Assembly (NCBI RefSeq): GCF_018977255.1
Contig: NW_024704753.1
Location: 124,001 to 188,000, forward strand
DNA: 64,000 bases
Direction: 5' to 3'
DNA from: Callorhinchus milii
Lineage: Eukaryota
Positions 1 through 13,372 of the stretch are shown here, in pieces. Under the pieces are notes generated by a model that saw nothing but the letters and a program-made list of their open reading frames with translations, did no database searches and was not told where the DNA came from. The translations under genes were made by a program, and so were the position numbers. Position 1 is the stretch's first letter, and the number at the start of each line of letters is the position of its first letter.

Positions 1-557
1 AACCCTATTTCCCAGAGGATTGACTGAGTTTCTGGTGAAACTGGTTCTGGATATTAGATTTCAGTGAATTTGGACAGTGATGTTACAGTAAAGAAGATAT
101 AGAGATTGGCCGAAAGTATTAATACATGAGATTTGGTTTGTGTTGAAGTTCATGTTACAGAACTGTATAATATCTTTCTAGAAATGCTATCTTCAGGATT
201 TTTTAAAATATTTGAACATTATAAATATGTAAAAATTATTTACATTTGATATATCACCTGTATTTTTTAAATGTCTCAAATTTATGTATGTTTTCTGACT
301 ATCCAGTGCCTTGGAAGCCATTTGCAGTTTTACGTCCACCTTAAAAAAAACACTCAAATATTTGTGAAATTAGCATAGATTGTTTCCAGTTAAATATAAA
401 TTGTTTAAAAAGCTCACAACCAGAGGAATTACCTGAAGTTATACCTTAAAGTGGCTGCTGATTACTAATCAGAAATCATCGCTTTGACCCTGTGTTGGTG
501 TGTGAACGCCCCCCAAAATTTTTTTTATGTAATTTCTTTAAAATTACAAGTTTCCAG

Positions 558-2475
558 AAAGATGGGCACTGAGGAGAGTCATCAACTTAAAAAGAAAAAA
601 AGAAAGAAGCAGCCTCTGAAGGAACAGAGAGGTTTTCAGGCAGTGAGAGTCGATCTGTCTAAACCTGCTCAGGTGGGAATAAAAGAAAATCAAAATTTCA
701 GAGGTGAGAAAATTAAAGGTGAAACATGCATGTTAAAATCCACTTGAGATGTTTATATTTATTTCACAAGTTAAGTACTTCAATTGAGTGCTCTTGCTTT
801 CTCGTCTTCTCTTGCCTGTTGATAGTGACAGTGTTGTAGAAGTGGATTCCACTCCTGGAAATGTGAATTAATAACACCTGAAAATTTAGAAGGAATTTAC
901 TTTTCTCAAAAGTTAATTGAAAAAGAAATCCAAGAAAATATACAGCAAATTTCAAACAGATTATTTTTGTATAAATGAGATTTAAAGACGGACCCTGAAA
1001 TGTTATTAATGAGCAAAACCTATTTGTAGACTGTGCCCTCCTTCCCCCCACACCCCACTCTCCCCGATCCTGATCCCCAGCTCAGGTCCAAAACACTAAT
1101 TGTCCAGCACCTTAGGACGTCCTCCCGATGTGAAAGGCGCTATACAATGTAATTTTGTTGTTGTGGAGAGATGCTGAGTTGGTCATATATCCTTTCTATT
1201 CTGCAGTTATTTATTGCAGAACTGACTAATTTTACTTATTATCTGGAAATAATACATGTATTTTTAGAGCTCAGTGTTAGTAAGGTATAAAATGAATTGT
1301 CATTTGCAACTTGTGTAAATAGTGCAGTTAAAAAAATTGAAAACTTCATTCATGTAACTGGGACAATTTATAGTGTATTATTTTATGTCACTACAATGGC
1401 TTAATAATAAAAAAATCTTTCAATTGATATAGCTTATTATGTGGTTGAAACATCTCAAAATGCTCACAGGCTTTACAGTAAAATAAGTGACTTTGTATTT
1501 ATGAGGTTAAGACTGAGCTACGACTGTAGCATTATTATTGCGACAGTTGACCTCTTCTTTTCTCTCACAGTTAGCAAAACAGAATTGGGCTCCTTCTCAG
1601 CGGTAAATCTTCTTCGCCAGAGATTGCATGACAAAATTGAAGAATCCCGTGGACAGGTGAATTCAAAAAATTATGTTTCTGTGAGAAGCAAAGCAATGTC
1701 TTCCTTTCCAGTCGCTGCGTTAGTCGTATTGCATCTTGCCTTTTTTGAAAAAAATCAACATAGAATATATACTTTTTTTGAATAGGTCAACCAGAGAGGC
1801 TTGTCATCTGAAGAATTAAAGAAGTTACGTCTGCGTAGAAAACAGGAACGGGAAAGAAAAAAACGAAAACGAAAAGAATTGCGGATAAAGAAAGAACAGG
1901 AGACATTGCCTCAGGAAGAGTGTGTGGCATCAGACACTCAAAAAGGAGAGACAACGCAGGAGTGCAGGAAAGTGGAGGAGCAAATAATCTTCAATAAAAT
2001 TGAAGTATCATCTCAAGTAGTCAATAATAAAATACTGAAGAAAAAAGAGAAAAAAGGAAAGATTAAAGGTGGTGTCACACCCTTGACTGGTAAAAACTAC
2101 AAACAGCTGTTGTCCAGGCTAGAAGCTCGGAAGAGTAAGATAGAAGAACTGAAGAGCAAAGATGAAGATAAAGCAAAGGAAATTGAGACAAAAATGAAAT
2201 GGACTAATGCTCTTTACAGAGCTGAGGGTGTGAAGATCAAAGACAATGAAGAAATGTTGAAAATCGCATTAAAAAGAAAGGAGAAGCTGAAGGCCCAGCG
2301 CCAGAAGAATTGGGAGAAACGAACTGAGCAAGTGGTGGAGAAGATGCAACATCGTCAGAACAAGAGGCAGAGAAACCTAAAGAAAAAGAAACTGGCCAAG
2401 ATAGAGAGGAAAAAGGATAAGGCGAGAAAGAAGGGCCGTGTTCTGCCAGAAGACATCAAAAAAGCACAACTTTAA
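558..2475 (+). CDS. SURF6: Surfeit locus protein 6 (nucleolar matrix protein), copy A, coding exons 2-4: 558-703 (alternative donor 718), 1571-1656, 1786-2475; exon 1 lies just left of the window
   Basis: Lys/Arg-rich C-terminal SURF6 domain (LTGKNYKQLLSRLEARK, MKWTNALYRAEGVKIKD, KKGRVLPEDIKKA). AG/GT boundaries have compatible phases. Confidence 0.92.
1040..1165 (+). mobile_element. 3' tail fragment of an L2-type LINE (also at ~27345-27470)
   Basis: cagcaccttaggacgtcctcccgatgtgaaaggcgctatacaatgtaat followed by (ttg)n matches the 3' end of the L2 RT fragment at ~46100-46160. Confidence 0.65.
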
Positions 2476-2496
2476 AAACAATTTCATGTTTTCAAA

Positions 2497-2526
2497 AATA
2501 AATGCTCCTTCCCCCTCAAAATAAAT
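2497..2526 (+). terminator. SURF6 polyadenylation signals (two AATAAA)
   Basis: AATAAA at 2497-2502 and ~2520-2525, just after the stop at 2475. Repeated in copies B and C. Confidence 0.6.
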
Positions 2527-4564
2527 TCACCGGTCTTTTATCATAATGTATAATGTTTGTAATTTTTTTTAAACCATCTGCAATGTACATTTGTAATCTT
2601 ATCTTCACTTATGATATGAAACACCAGATCATTACAATTAACTCAGATTTAATAACTGTAACAAAAGATCACAGTGTAATAAGGAAACAAAGGAACAGGA
2701 GTAGGCCATTCAGCCACTCAAGCCTGTTCAGCCATTTTATATCACGGCTGACCTATGACTCAACTCCATTGTGCATTTCATGCTGAGCTGTGTTTCCCAC
2801 CAGGAGGCTCACAGGGAGTTCCTGGTACCCACCTAGAGAGGTTCAAATCCATACTTGTTATATCAAATGGCCAGTTCGTGATTATCCTCCTTTGGGGCAG
2901 GTGAGTGGGGTCTCCTTGGAGCTGAACTACCTCCAAGGCGACATGTTTGGCAACGGAATATCAGAGCCATACCTTTCTGGTGGTCTTTAGTCCAGTTCCT
3001 GAGGCAGGCAGTTGTGCAGTACCCCAGGGCACTAATGGTGACAGGCCAGTCATCCTGGCACATCGGCAGGGCAAATTGGTTATTGGGGGCAGGGAATCCT
3101 CACACTCAGCTCCCATTAATCCTGCAACCCAAAGCCCTAACGGCTAGGGTTGTCATAACTGGACAAGCAAGGGAAAACTTGCCAGACAATGCTCTCAATG
3201 GTAAGCTAGGCAGTTCAGAGCACAAAAGGAGACCATTCGGTCCATCATGTCTGTGCCGGCTCTTTGAAAAGAGCTATCCAAATCAATCCTACTCTCTCTC
3301 CCCATAACCCTACAAACTTGTCCTCCACAAATAATTATCTACAGTTTTAGCTGGTTAGATTCCAGCAGTTACCCCCAACACATACTCTAGATGCTAAGCT
3401 TTGGCTCTTGCCAACCCATGCCTAATAACTTCCAGAGTTAGGTAAGTGGAATCCATCCCACCAGGGAGAGTGATTATGGCATTCCAATAATGCAACAAGC
3501 ATTCATTTCATGTGTGGGTGGGATGTAGGGAATACTGTTTGGTTTGGATACTCTTAAAAATGGTGATCAGTTTCCACGTGTGTCAGACACTTGGCTAACC
3601 AAACACAGCTTTGAGAAGTGGTTTGAGACATCTTCCTGAAGTGAAAGATGCTACATAAATGAAAATTGTTTTTTGCTGAAGGGCACCTGTGACCATGTAC
3701 TGTACAAATGCCTGCAGAAGAGAATCAATTTTTAGAGAAAAGTTGAGAAACAAAACATGTGAAAGTAACATTTGCAAATAGTAGATATCACAAGGCTGAT
3801 CAGAATGTTTTTGGCTCCCATTCACCTTGGAGTCATTTTATATGTACAAATATCAAGGTTTGAACTTGCAATCAGTGCAGGGCCACAGTACAGCTGTGTT
3901 TTACTAATACAGAATGATGCAACACTGATCTGTTTACTCACCAGAAAATGATTCAGGAGATAAAATAATTTCTTACATTGTCAATCGTATCTCATGAACA
4001 ACTGTTGAAATGATCTTTTGCCAGTTAGAACTTGTTTTGTTGAGAACATGGAACTAATTTAATCATTAGAAGTGCATGACCTTTATTAATATTTGCCACA
4101 CATTACTTATTACGCATTGAAATTGCCATTGGCTTTACATAGACTGTTGAATAATTGTTTCTGTAATCTTTCTGGATTTTTGCAAAGGTGTTTTGGTGGA
4201 CAGCATCAAACAGCAAACGGGATGCAGTTACTGGTGACTAAATAGTAAGTGGTGGTGTGGGTGCCCTACTATCTACTGCCAGTCCCAACTTCTCTATAAT
4301 CTCCAATGGATTCTCATCCCATGGTGACTATGGTGTACTCAAGCTCTCCCCTGTTATCATCTGCAGGCATATGGGTCAATATCCATATTTACCAAATGAA
4401 ATTGATCTCCACTTTGATTGCAAAGAACATAGTCAGATTTATCAAGTCAACAGATCCAAGATACATGGAATTCAGTGAAGCAAGATAATAAGCTTTGGAT
4501 ATAAGAATAGTGGACAGCAACCTATTCTAAATGGAAAACATTGAGAATTAGGGCACATAAGTCA

Positions 4565-6785
4565 TTACAACAACAACAACTTGCACTTATATAGTGCCCT
4601 CCACGCTTGGTGGCATCTCAGAGCTTAACAATGGTGGAGCCCAAGGCTGAGCCAGGGGGAGGGGAAGGTGACCATAGGCACGGTCAAAAAGTCTTCAGGT
4701 GCGACTTGAATATGGGGAAGGAGGGGCAAGGCGACAGGGTTGAGGGAGGGAGTTCCACAGTTTTGGGGCGTAATGGCTGAAGGGACGGCCACCGATGGTG
4801 GAGCGGAGGATTCGGGGGATGCAGAGGAGGCCGGACTGAGTAGAGCAGAGGCAGCAGGTACTGCTGTGGGGAGAGAAGAGGTTAGAGAGATGGGGGTGGG
4901 GTGGGTGGGGGGCAGGGAATGGAGGGATTTAAACATTAGAGAGAGGATCTTGAAGTGGATCCACTCTGTAACAGGAGCCACTGGGGTTTAGCAAGAACTG
5001 GGGTAATTGAGGGAAGGAGTTTGGTGCAGGTGAGAATGCGGGCGGCGAAATTTTACACAAGCTGAATTTTGGAGGAGGGGAGACTGGCGAGGAGGGCGTT
5101 AGAATCGACTCGCCGAGAGGTGACAAAGGCATGGACAAGGGTTTTGGCAGCTTTTGGGGTGAGGTATTGTCGGAGATGGGCAATGTGGCAGAGGTGCAAG
5201 AAAGCAGTGCTGGTCAGGGACCGGACATGGGGGAGGAAGAATAACTGGGGATCAAACCTAATGACTAAGTTGCGCATGGGTTCAGAGAGTTTTAAGAACA
5301 GGTCGGGTAGATTGAGGAGGTCGGAACCATGGGACAGAAGATGTTGGCAGGAGCCAAAGGGTATGGCTTCCGTCTTGTGGATGATTAACTGCAGACAAGC
5401 TGACAGAACATCAGGATACTGAGGGTCGCAGCTGGAGATGGAAAAGTAGAGTTGAGCGTCATCCACATCCATGTGGAAGTTAACCCTGTGTCTGCAGATG
5501 ACAACACTGAGAGGGAGCATATAGATGAGGAAGAGAAGGGGACCAAGAATGGATCCTTGGGGTATCTACCCCACAGGTGACCGGGTGAAAGTGCGAAGAA
5601 AAGCCATTTGCAGAAATGTGCTGGTGGTTTATAAGGTAGGATTCGAACCAAGTGAATGCGGTCCCACTGAGCTATGATGGAGGACAGGCGTTGCACGAGG
5701 ATGGCGTGATCAACTGTGTTGAACGCGATGGAGAGGACCAGGAGGACAAGAAGGCAGAGGAAGCCCTGGTCACAGATAGATTTGTGGCCTTCACAAGCGC
5801 GGACTCTGTACTGTGGGCAGCCAAGGCAGAAACTGGACTGGAGGAGTTCGAGTAGGGTGTGGAGGGAGAGATGTGCACAAAGTTGGAAGGCAACAACGCC
5901 ATTCCAGAGCGTTGGAAAGAAAGGCAGGTTTGAGATAGGGCGAGAGTGGCCGAGGTTGGAGGGATCGAGGGTAGTTTTTTTTTAAGGAGTGGGGTGATGA
6001 TTGCAGTTTTGAGAGCGAGTGGGACTGATCCTGAGGAGAGAGACTGGTTATAGTGTCTGCCAGCAGTGGGCAGAGGAGGGGGAGCTGAGTGATCAGCAAT
6101 TGGGTGGGGAGGGAGTCGAGGCAGCAGGTGGTGGGTTTCATTGTGGATGAAAGATAGGAAGGAGAGATGGGGGCAAATGAATGTAGGATAGGGGCGTGGT
6201 AGGACCTGAGGGCAGGGTGGGTGAGGGAGATCTAATGGGGGGGCGGGGGGGGGGGGGGGGTGTGGTTGGTGACACAGGACAGAGGGATGAAGCTGCCAGG
6301 TGGATGTTGACAACATTAGAGGTAAGGAAGCCCATGACCTCTTCGCGCTTGGTGTTAGATGTGATGATTGAGGGAGCGCACGGAGGAGGTGGTAGGGGTT
6401 GGAGAATAGGACTGGGGAGTTACTGTTGACCTCCAGTATGATGTTTGAGTCGTGCGCAGTTTTTGCTTGTGACAGGGAGCAGTGGTAGGTGTGAAGATGC
6501 TCGAGCCACAGCTGGTGGTGAACCGTTAGGCTGGATTTCTGCCACTTGCACTCAAGCAACCAGGTTTGGGATTTTAGGGAGCGGAGATGGCTGTTGTACC
6601 AGGGGGTTCAGGTGGGTTTGGAGACAGTCCTGGATTTCAGGGGGACGAGGGAGTTCAAGATGGAGGAGAGGCGATCATGGAGCAGCTTGACGGCTGCTTC
6701 AGGGTTGCTGCAGGTAGAAGGCCAGAGGGATAGGAGGATTAATAGCTGCAAAGAGCTGCAGCATGTTCACCTCTCCCCAATTTGA
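4565..6785 (-). mobile_element. Decayed, 5'-truncated L2-clade LINE (reverse transcriptase remnant), copy A
   Basis: Frameshifted minus-strand RT pieces: VPLALKTAIITPLLKK, HSTESALVKATN, MDVDDAQLYFS (degenerate YADD), LRQYLTPKAAKTLVHAFVTSR. The 3' end has a (TTG)n tail at ~4567. Confidence 0.88.
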
Positions 6786-6879
6786 ACAGACTACCAGAGA
6801 GAGACTCTCCCTAAATTAATGCACAATCATGACAGACAGAAAAGTAGCTTTATGTTATCAAATCCAGAACCATATAAAA

Positions 6880-7110
6880 TTGTTGTCAAAACATTCATTG
6901 ATTTATTGATACAAATATTAACTATTTTACAAGCAATGCGACCCCTTTGTCTGAGCAACTCCTGACCAGCAGCATTACTTGTTTTAAAATTTGCTGAAAC
7001 CGTGGATCAATGGTTAGATCAATATTTTGCGAAACTAGAACTATTACTCAACAGTGCTGGATTATAAACTGGTTCCTGAAGCAGAACTTCACAGCCTCAC
7101 AGTTCCCACC
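6880..7110 (+). promoter_or_regulatory. ITIH proximal promoter with TATA box (7063-7068) and AT-rich HNF1/HNF6/FOXA-like motifs; duplicates at ~20030-20257 and ~33200-33433
   Basis: TATAAA ~45 bp upstream of a Kozak-like cccaccATG. CAAATATTAAC and GATCAAT motifs fit a liver-expressed plasma protein gene (inference). Confidence 0.5.
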
Positions 7111-7839
7111 ATGAAAGCAATTCTGCCCTGGGTTTTGCTGACTTCTATTCCAGCCTTAATATCTGCTGATTTCATCATAGCAGATTTAAAGCACCAAAAG
7201 GTAAAGCGCTATTCATTTCCAATTTTTTAGTGATTTTTCAATTAACTAAATTATCTTTTAAACTTATTTTTCAATTTGAGCAGAGTAAATCCACAGTCCA
7301 TTCAGCAAATGCCCAGAGCCCATGGAGAAGGACGTTAAAGATACTAGCCAAATTTATCTGAAGATATTTTGAGTTAGATAATTAGTCCGAAAGATAATTA
7401 AGTACAAATTGAAAAGTTAAAGTGTACAAATTTATCACATCTCTGCTGTTTTTCTATTAGGAATTAGATTGCGTGTTTTGGGCTAAACTGCAGGGATTTC
7501 TGCCTTGATGATTCATCAGTTTTGTTTGTATATCTTAAGATATTTCTTACTCTGTTGCCTAACTGATAAATGTTCCAGTTTCCTTCAGTCTTCAATAAGA
7601 AACAGACAGGTGATTGAAGCCTGAACTACAGTTATATTGCTTCTTTATTTTGAACTTGATACGTTCTCTGAGCTGGGTACTGACCATTGGGCTCATGTGC
7701 TGCAGAATGTGACCTAGAAAATAGTACCTGAAATGACAAGCCTTCAGTCTACATTCACTGCTATTTTCTTGCTGTTTTAAAAATAATAATAATAATCCTT
7801 GCATTTGATATAGCACTTTTAATGTCTTCAAGATGTCTC

Positions 7840-8240
7840 AAAAAAATCATAGAAATGCAGCCAAGAAGGAGGCGTTTGGCACAGATTCCCAGAGTGAGCT
7901 GTCCATTCAGACACACTGCATTGGCTCCCCTTCAAGTTGCTATCTTTCATGTACCTTTCTACATCCCCTCAATACTCCCTCTGCCACTTTCCTTGGCGGG
8001 GATTCTACAAGTGAAAAAGGTTCTCCTAAACACTCTTTTCACTCTTTTTGTGTCTATCTTATATCTGTGTCCCATATCACCAAATTCCCCACCAGTGGAA
8101 ACAGCTTCTCTCTATTTACCACTCATCATTGTATTTACCTCCATCAGATCCCCACTCAACCTTCTCTGCTCCAATTAAACAGACCCAAATTCTCCGATCT
8201 CCTCATTATCACAGCCCCTCATTCAGGGGAATCATTTCCT
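7840..8240 (-). mobile_element. Decayed CR1-type LINE 3' fragment in ITIH intron 1 (also in copies B and C)
   Basis: cccaccagtggaaacagcttctctctatttacc...atcagatccccactcaaccttctctgctcc is the typical reverse complement of a CR1 RT 3' end. Confidence 0.6.
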
Positions 8241-9239
8241 AAAATTGTATGTCCAATTCAACTTTTTCTAATTTTTCCCCCAAATAACATATGTCTCTGC
8301 TCCTGGTCCTTCCCTCCTCTTGCTGGCGTCCAGTTCTACAGGCACCTGTTTACCTCTTTTTTATTAATGAGTTGGATTATTGAGCTCTGCTGCCTGTATC
8401 TGCCCAATGCGAACCTGAAGTCCATCAGTCAGGTCTTTGTTAGAAATTGATTTATTTTGTGCACTGTCTAATTATACAGCACAATCTTATCAACATTATG
8501 AATAACTGTATGAATAACTGATGTTCTTTTTCCCTTGTTGGAAATAGAAAAGAAGCGTCGATGGGCACCCCACTAAAGTAGGTCTAATTCCTGATATTGC
8601 TGCTCTGTAATGGTTCTGTGTAGTGTAACTGACTTTAACCTAAGTTGTGCCACAGATTCGAAAAAACGTTGCAATTTTGATGATGTAACTGTTCAGTTTG
8701 GATATTTCTAATTTCAACAATAAGCAGAATGTCTCTGTGTTTGTTCAGTCTGTACTGGAACTGAAAATAACCCCCACTTAATATCAATTTACTATATGTA
8801 TTTACATCGGACTTCTCTGGACATTATTAAGTGTTAAATATAATTTCTTGCACATAAAAACATAATCCTTGCATCCGATATAGCACCTTATCACATCGAT
8901 GAAATGTTTCAAAGTGCTTTGCAGGATTTACTGTTGAATATAGTGAATGATTTTTTGGCGAATACTGGCATACATTAGTGTTCATATTATCTTTATTTTT
9001 CAGCAAGTGAAGGAGCTTGAAATTTACAGTTTTAAGGTTGATTGCAAAATTACATCTCGATTCGCTCGCAATGTGGTGACCAGTCGGGTAGTGAACCGAG
9101 CGAATGAGTCCAAAGAAGCTTTGTTTGATGTACAGCTGCCCAAAACAGCCTTCATTGCCAACTTCAGCATGTGTGTATTTGCTCTGTTACTTGAGATAAT
9201 TTGTGTGTAAATAGAACAGTGAACTTTGTGACAAACTCC

Positions 9240-9600
9240 CTGACTAATCACAAGATTGGTTTGAACGAAAAACATCCTACGGCTCATCTGATCTCAGCCA
9301 TAACCTTCAATCCTCTCATAACAGCATCAAGCTGCCTTGGAAGCACTCCGGGACACTACCCCACTTGACAGGCTATATTAATGCAAGTTGTTGCTTAAAT
9401 GAGTCCAGTGTCCTGGCCTCAACCGCTCTTGTTGGCAGCCTGTTCCAGTTGTTAATTAACCTCTGAGTAAAGAAAAACTTCCTGGTATCTGACCAGAAAT
9501 TGCTTTACAACTTTAAACCTGTGACTTCTTGTCCTACTGTTTCGATGCATTCTAAAGTATTCTGAGTTTACTTTTTCAATCCCATTTAACATTGTACAGT
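9240..9600 (-). mobile_element. Decayed CR1-type LINE 3' fragment in ITIH intron 3 (also in copies B and C)
   Basis: ggcagcctgttccagttgttaattaacctctgagtaaagaaaaacttcct...tttaaacctgtgacttcttgtcct is a CR1 3' signature in antisense. Confidence 0.55.
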
Positions 9601-11169
9601 ATTTTCTTGACCACTAACAGCGGTGTCCAACCACGAGGTGGCGCTGTCTCACATGATCAACGAGTGAAGAGGCTGGAGCTGTAGAACTGGGTCTTATTGA
9701 GTCAAATCAGATTTCATGCCACTGGAAATAAATATATAAAACTTAATGTTAAGCCTGAGGTAAATATTGCTCATGACTATTGCTTTATTAAGCAAATGCA
9801 GAACACCGCCTAGTACTGATCGATTGATTTGTCTATAGGGTCCTCGCTGAGTCAGCGATTCTCAAGCTTGAAGAGCCCCATCTTATCTAATTGCTGCTCA
9901 TTCCTCCAACACTTGGGATCATCCTCTAAACTGCCTTCAGGCCATTTAATCCACATTCTGCTGACAAATGTGAAAGTCGTCCTGATTGGACCAACTCAGA
10001 TTTTTTGTTTGGTTCAAAGTTTCCTTTGAGGATAATACAAAATGCCATTTGTAGCACATTTCACGTTGGGAGGATGTCCCAAGGCGCTGGACGATAAAGG
10101 AGGAAATGAGAGATGAACCAGCAAAGAGACAGACTGGGGCTGAGAACAATGAATCGGGGATACTGTATACTAATTCTGTGTTCTAATGCTAGGATTATAG
10201 ATGGGGTGGTTTACGTTGGAGTTGTGAAGGAGAAAGAAGTGGCTAAGCAGCAGTACCAGCAAGCAGTCGCACGAGGGCAGACAGCAGGTCTTGTGAAGTA
10301 AGGATCAAAGGGCTTCTTTTCAATCTTCCTCAGTCATTTTGCCTCCTTTCCCCACAAAGACAAGCCTCATGAAGGGATGGGACACAACCTAAATCAGGTC
10401 ACTGATTCCCAGAATGTACTTCTCTCCAGATATTTACCAGTTATAGAATCTTTCCCACAATATTAATGTATGTCTGAACAATTTGATTACATGGGAGAAG
10501 GTGTGACATCTCATTTTAATGGACAAAACTGACTTTTTGGATAAAGCGATCTCAGTGTAGTCTTGCATGTTAACTCACCACTACAAATGTCTAATTCTGT
10601 CTTGATAGGAATTCTCTCAGAAAACTATTTATATGGGAGTTGTTTGTATCAATTTTTGATGAATTAATCATTTAACTGCCATTGAATGTTCATTGAATGT
10701 TCCAAAGACATTCGAGCTTCCTAAAGCATTTATTCTCAAGTAAAAGCTTTTTTTAGTAAAGCAACATTTTAACCTGTGTATGGTTTAAGATATATGCTTC
10801 ACATTTTTCATGAATGATTTAGGTTAGTTAATTACAGACGGGGGCTATTTTACATTTTAAAAAATCTGTTTTATATTCTTCGTGTCCAAAGAGTAACTGG
10901 AAGGAAAATGGAAAAGTTTAAAGTTTCAGTAAATATCGCAGCAGCTAAAAAAGTAACATTTGAGCTGGTTTATGAAGAATTACTCAAGCGTAAACTGGGG
11001 AAATACGAGATGGTGATCAGAGTAAAGCCTGAACAGCTTGTCCAGCATTTCCAGGTATGTAGCAGGGATGGGAGCTAGCCACTGTGGCACTTGTCCAACC
11101 AGGGCCCACTGACTCCTCATGAAGTGCACCTACACAACAACAACAATATCAACAACATGTCCTTGAAAT

Positions 11170-11985
11170 GTGCAGCGCTTGTGGAAATGGTTGTGAAAAA
11201 GCTAATATTATTCAGGGTTTATACATAGGGACATAGAGTACAAATGTAAAGGAATAATAATAATCCTTGCATTTGATATAGTGCCTTATCACGTCTTCTA
11301 GATGTCTCAAAGCGCTTCACAGAATAGACTGTAAAGTGAATTGACTGTATATTTGTGGGTGAAACACTGCAGCCAATTGCACACAGCAGCATCCCACAAA
11401 CAGTCGTGGATTGAAAATAACCAATTTATTATTGTTTTTGTTTTTGGAGGGATTATTATTAGGTGTGTGGAGTCAGGAAACTTGCCCAAGATTTTCCTCT
11501 GCCTGGAATTGAACTCAGGTGTCTCGCTTGCAAAGCGAATGCTCTAACCACTGAGCCACAGGATGCCACAATCCCAGGGATGAGGGGCATTAGTTCTAAA
11601 GAGGGTGAATTAGTTGGGTCTGTTTTTCATTGGCGTAAAGAAGATTGTGAGGCTACCTGATAGAAATGTATATCATTCTGAGGGGTTTTGATGCTAAGTA
11701 ATGGGAAGCTATTGTCATTGGTAGGTTTGTCAGTGAGTAGGGGCCACAGTTATAAGACAATAAAGTTTAGGAGATTTTTTTCACTCAGAATAGTTGGGAT
11801 GTGGAATGCTAGAGGCAGAGTGTGTTCTGGGTTTCAGAGGGAAGTCAACATGTATATGAATGTTAGCGGCTTGAAGGCCTATGGCAACATGGCAAGAGCA
11901 GAGGGAGTGAAAGAACAGCTTCCTCTCAGACTGGGTGCAGAATTGATCGGCCAAAGGCCTGCTTCTGTGCTATGAATTTCTATAA
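11170..11985 (+). mobile_element. CR1-type LINE 3' fragment in ITIH intron 5, interrupted by a SINE (copies ~24340-25155 and ~37515-38330)
   Basis: agggacatagagtacaaa lies before the SINE. After it come gaagattgtgaggctacctgatagaaatgtatatcattctgagggg, tttttcactcagaatagttgggatgtggaatg and ggccaaaggcctgcttctgtgctatgaatttcta. Confidence 0.7.
11253..11567 (-). mobile_element. tRNA(Ala)-derived SINE (copies 24421-24735 and 37597-37911)
   Basis: The minus strand begins ggcatcctgtggctcagtggttagagcattcgctttgcaagcgagacacctgagttcaattccagg (box A and box B) and ends in an (ATT)n tail. Confidence 0.85.
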
Positions 11986-12199
11986 TTGTAAAAAATATTT
12001 TATTTCCTCTGTGCCTATTTTCAAATGTTTAACAAACATGTTAACACTAATTACATTCCATCACATTTCAACCTCTCCAGATTGATGTCCATCTGTTTGA
12101 ACCACAAGGCATTGCCTTTTTGGATGTTAATGCAACATTTTTAACAAATGATTTAATGCCAATTGTGAAAAAGACTCTAACAGGAAAAAAGGTACATTA

Positions 12200-12631
12200 T
12201 TAATAATAATAATAATCTGCATCCTTGCATTTTGTATAGTGCCTTTCATGTTGGGAGGATGTCCCAAAACTCTTCACAGAATTTACTATGAAGTAGAGTG
12301 ATTGTGTATTTGTAGACAAACATAACAGCCAATTGCACAAACAATGATCTGCAAACAGCCATGATTTGAATGACCAATCTTATTTGGGGTATTTTTGGCC
12401 AAGATACTGGGAGAAATCTCTTCTCAAATAGTGCCATAGCACCTTTAACATCCATCTAAACGGGACCTCACTTTAATGTCTCATTCAAAGGACAGCACCT
12501 CCGACAATGCAACACCACCACAGCATTACATTGGAGTGCCAGCTTAAACTATGTGAGTTCAAGTCCCAATGTGGGGCTCAAACCCACAACCTTCTGGCTC
12601 AGAGGCATGAGTGCTGCTAACTGAGTCAGGC
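12200..12631 (-). mobile_element. Deu-domain tRNA SINE (DeuSINE/SacSINE1-like) (copies ~25368-25799 and ~38544-38975)
   Basis: Minus strand has a tRNA-like head (ctgactcagttagcagcactc...ggtttgagcccc), a central gcattgtcggaggtgctgtcctttgaatgagacattaaagtgaggtcccgt...atggcactatttgagaagag resembling the Deu core, and an (ATT)n tail. Confidence 0.7.
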
Positions 12632-13372
12632 TTGACAGACTGTTGTATACTTTGAGGTTTACACATGTGGATATGACAATCTTACCGTGAATTGCTGTGT
12701 GATTCAGGCTCACATTTCCTTCACACCAACACTGGATCAGCAGAGTGCCTGTACCAGTTGCCAGAACACTGGCTTGGATGGAGATTTTATTATGACTTAT
12801 GATGTGGACCGAGACCTGTCGGCTGGGAACATAGCGGTAGGCAACTACAACAACAACAACAAGATTACATTTGTATCATGCCTTTCAAGTCGGGAGTACG
12901 TCCCAAGGCGCTGGGACGTTTAGCTAATTCATTATTACGTTTTGAGTGAAAAGCTGTTAGCATTCATTATTTTAACACTTCTTTTTTCCAGATAGTGAAT
13001 GGATATTTTGTTCATCATTTTGGACCTGCAAATCTACCTAGAGTTCCTAAAAATGTTGTCTTTGTGATTGACCAGAGTGGCTCCATGATGTTTACAAAAA
13101 TGTTCCAGGTAAGGAAGCTGATTATGGGAAGGTTGGTTTCAGTTCCTCAACGTCTCCTTGATCTCATTGTTTGTCCAAAAGAATGCTCATTTGGGTTGAA
13201 GATATTCCCATGAAATGCCAGGAGAAAACGGTCAGTTCTGTATAATCCAAATACAGTCGCTTGTTAACCAGCTGTTTGGCTCTTCAGTGCAGCCAACAGC
13301 CAACAGCTGGCGCCATCCCAGCTGGACAAGTATTGAGCCTCACAGTTTCTGTTAGTTTGACCAAAACTGCAG

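Noticed and set aside
2553-4490. Short ORFs between SURF6 and the LINE, recurring in all three copies
   Set aside because: Recurrence reflects only the duplication. There is no recognisable domain or splice chain, some ORFs are frameshifted in copy B, and CR1-like remnants are present.
4625-6785. Overlapping ORFs up to 295 aa as a host gene or an active retroelement
   Set aside because: They are frameshifted fragments of an L2 RT with a degenerate catalytic motif. Frames differ among the three copies.
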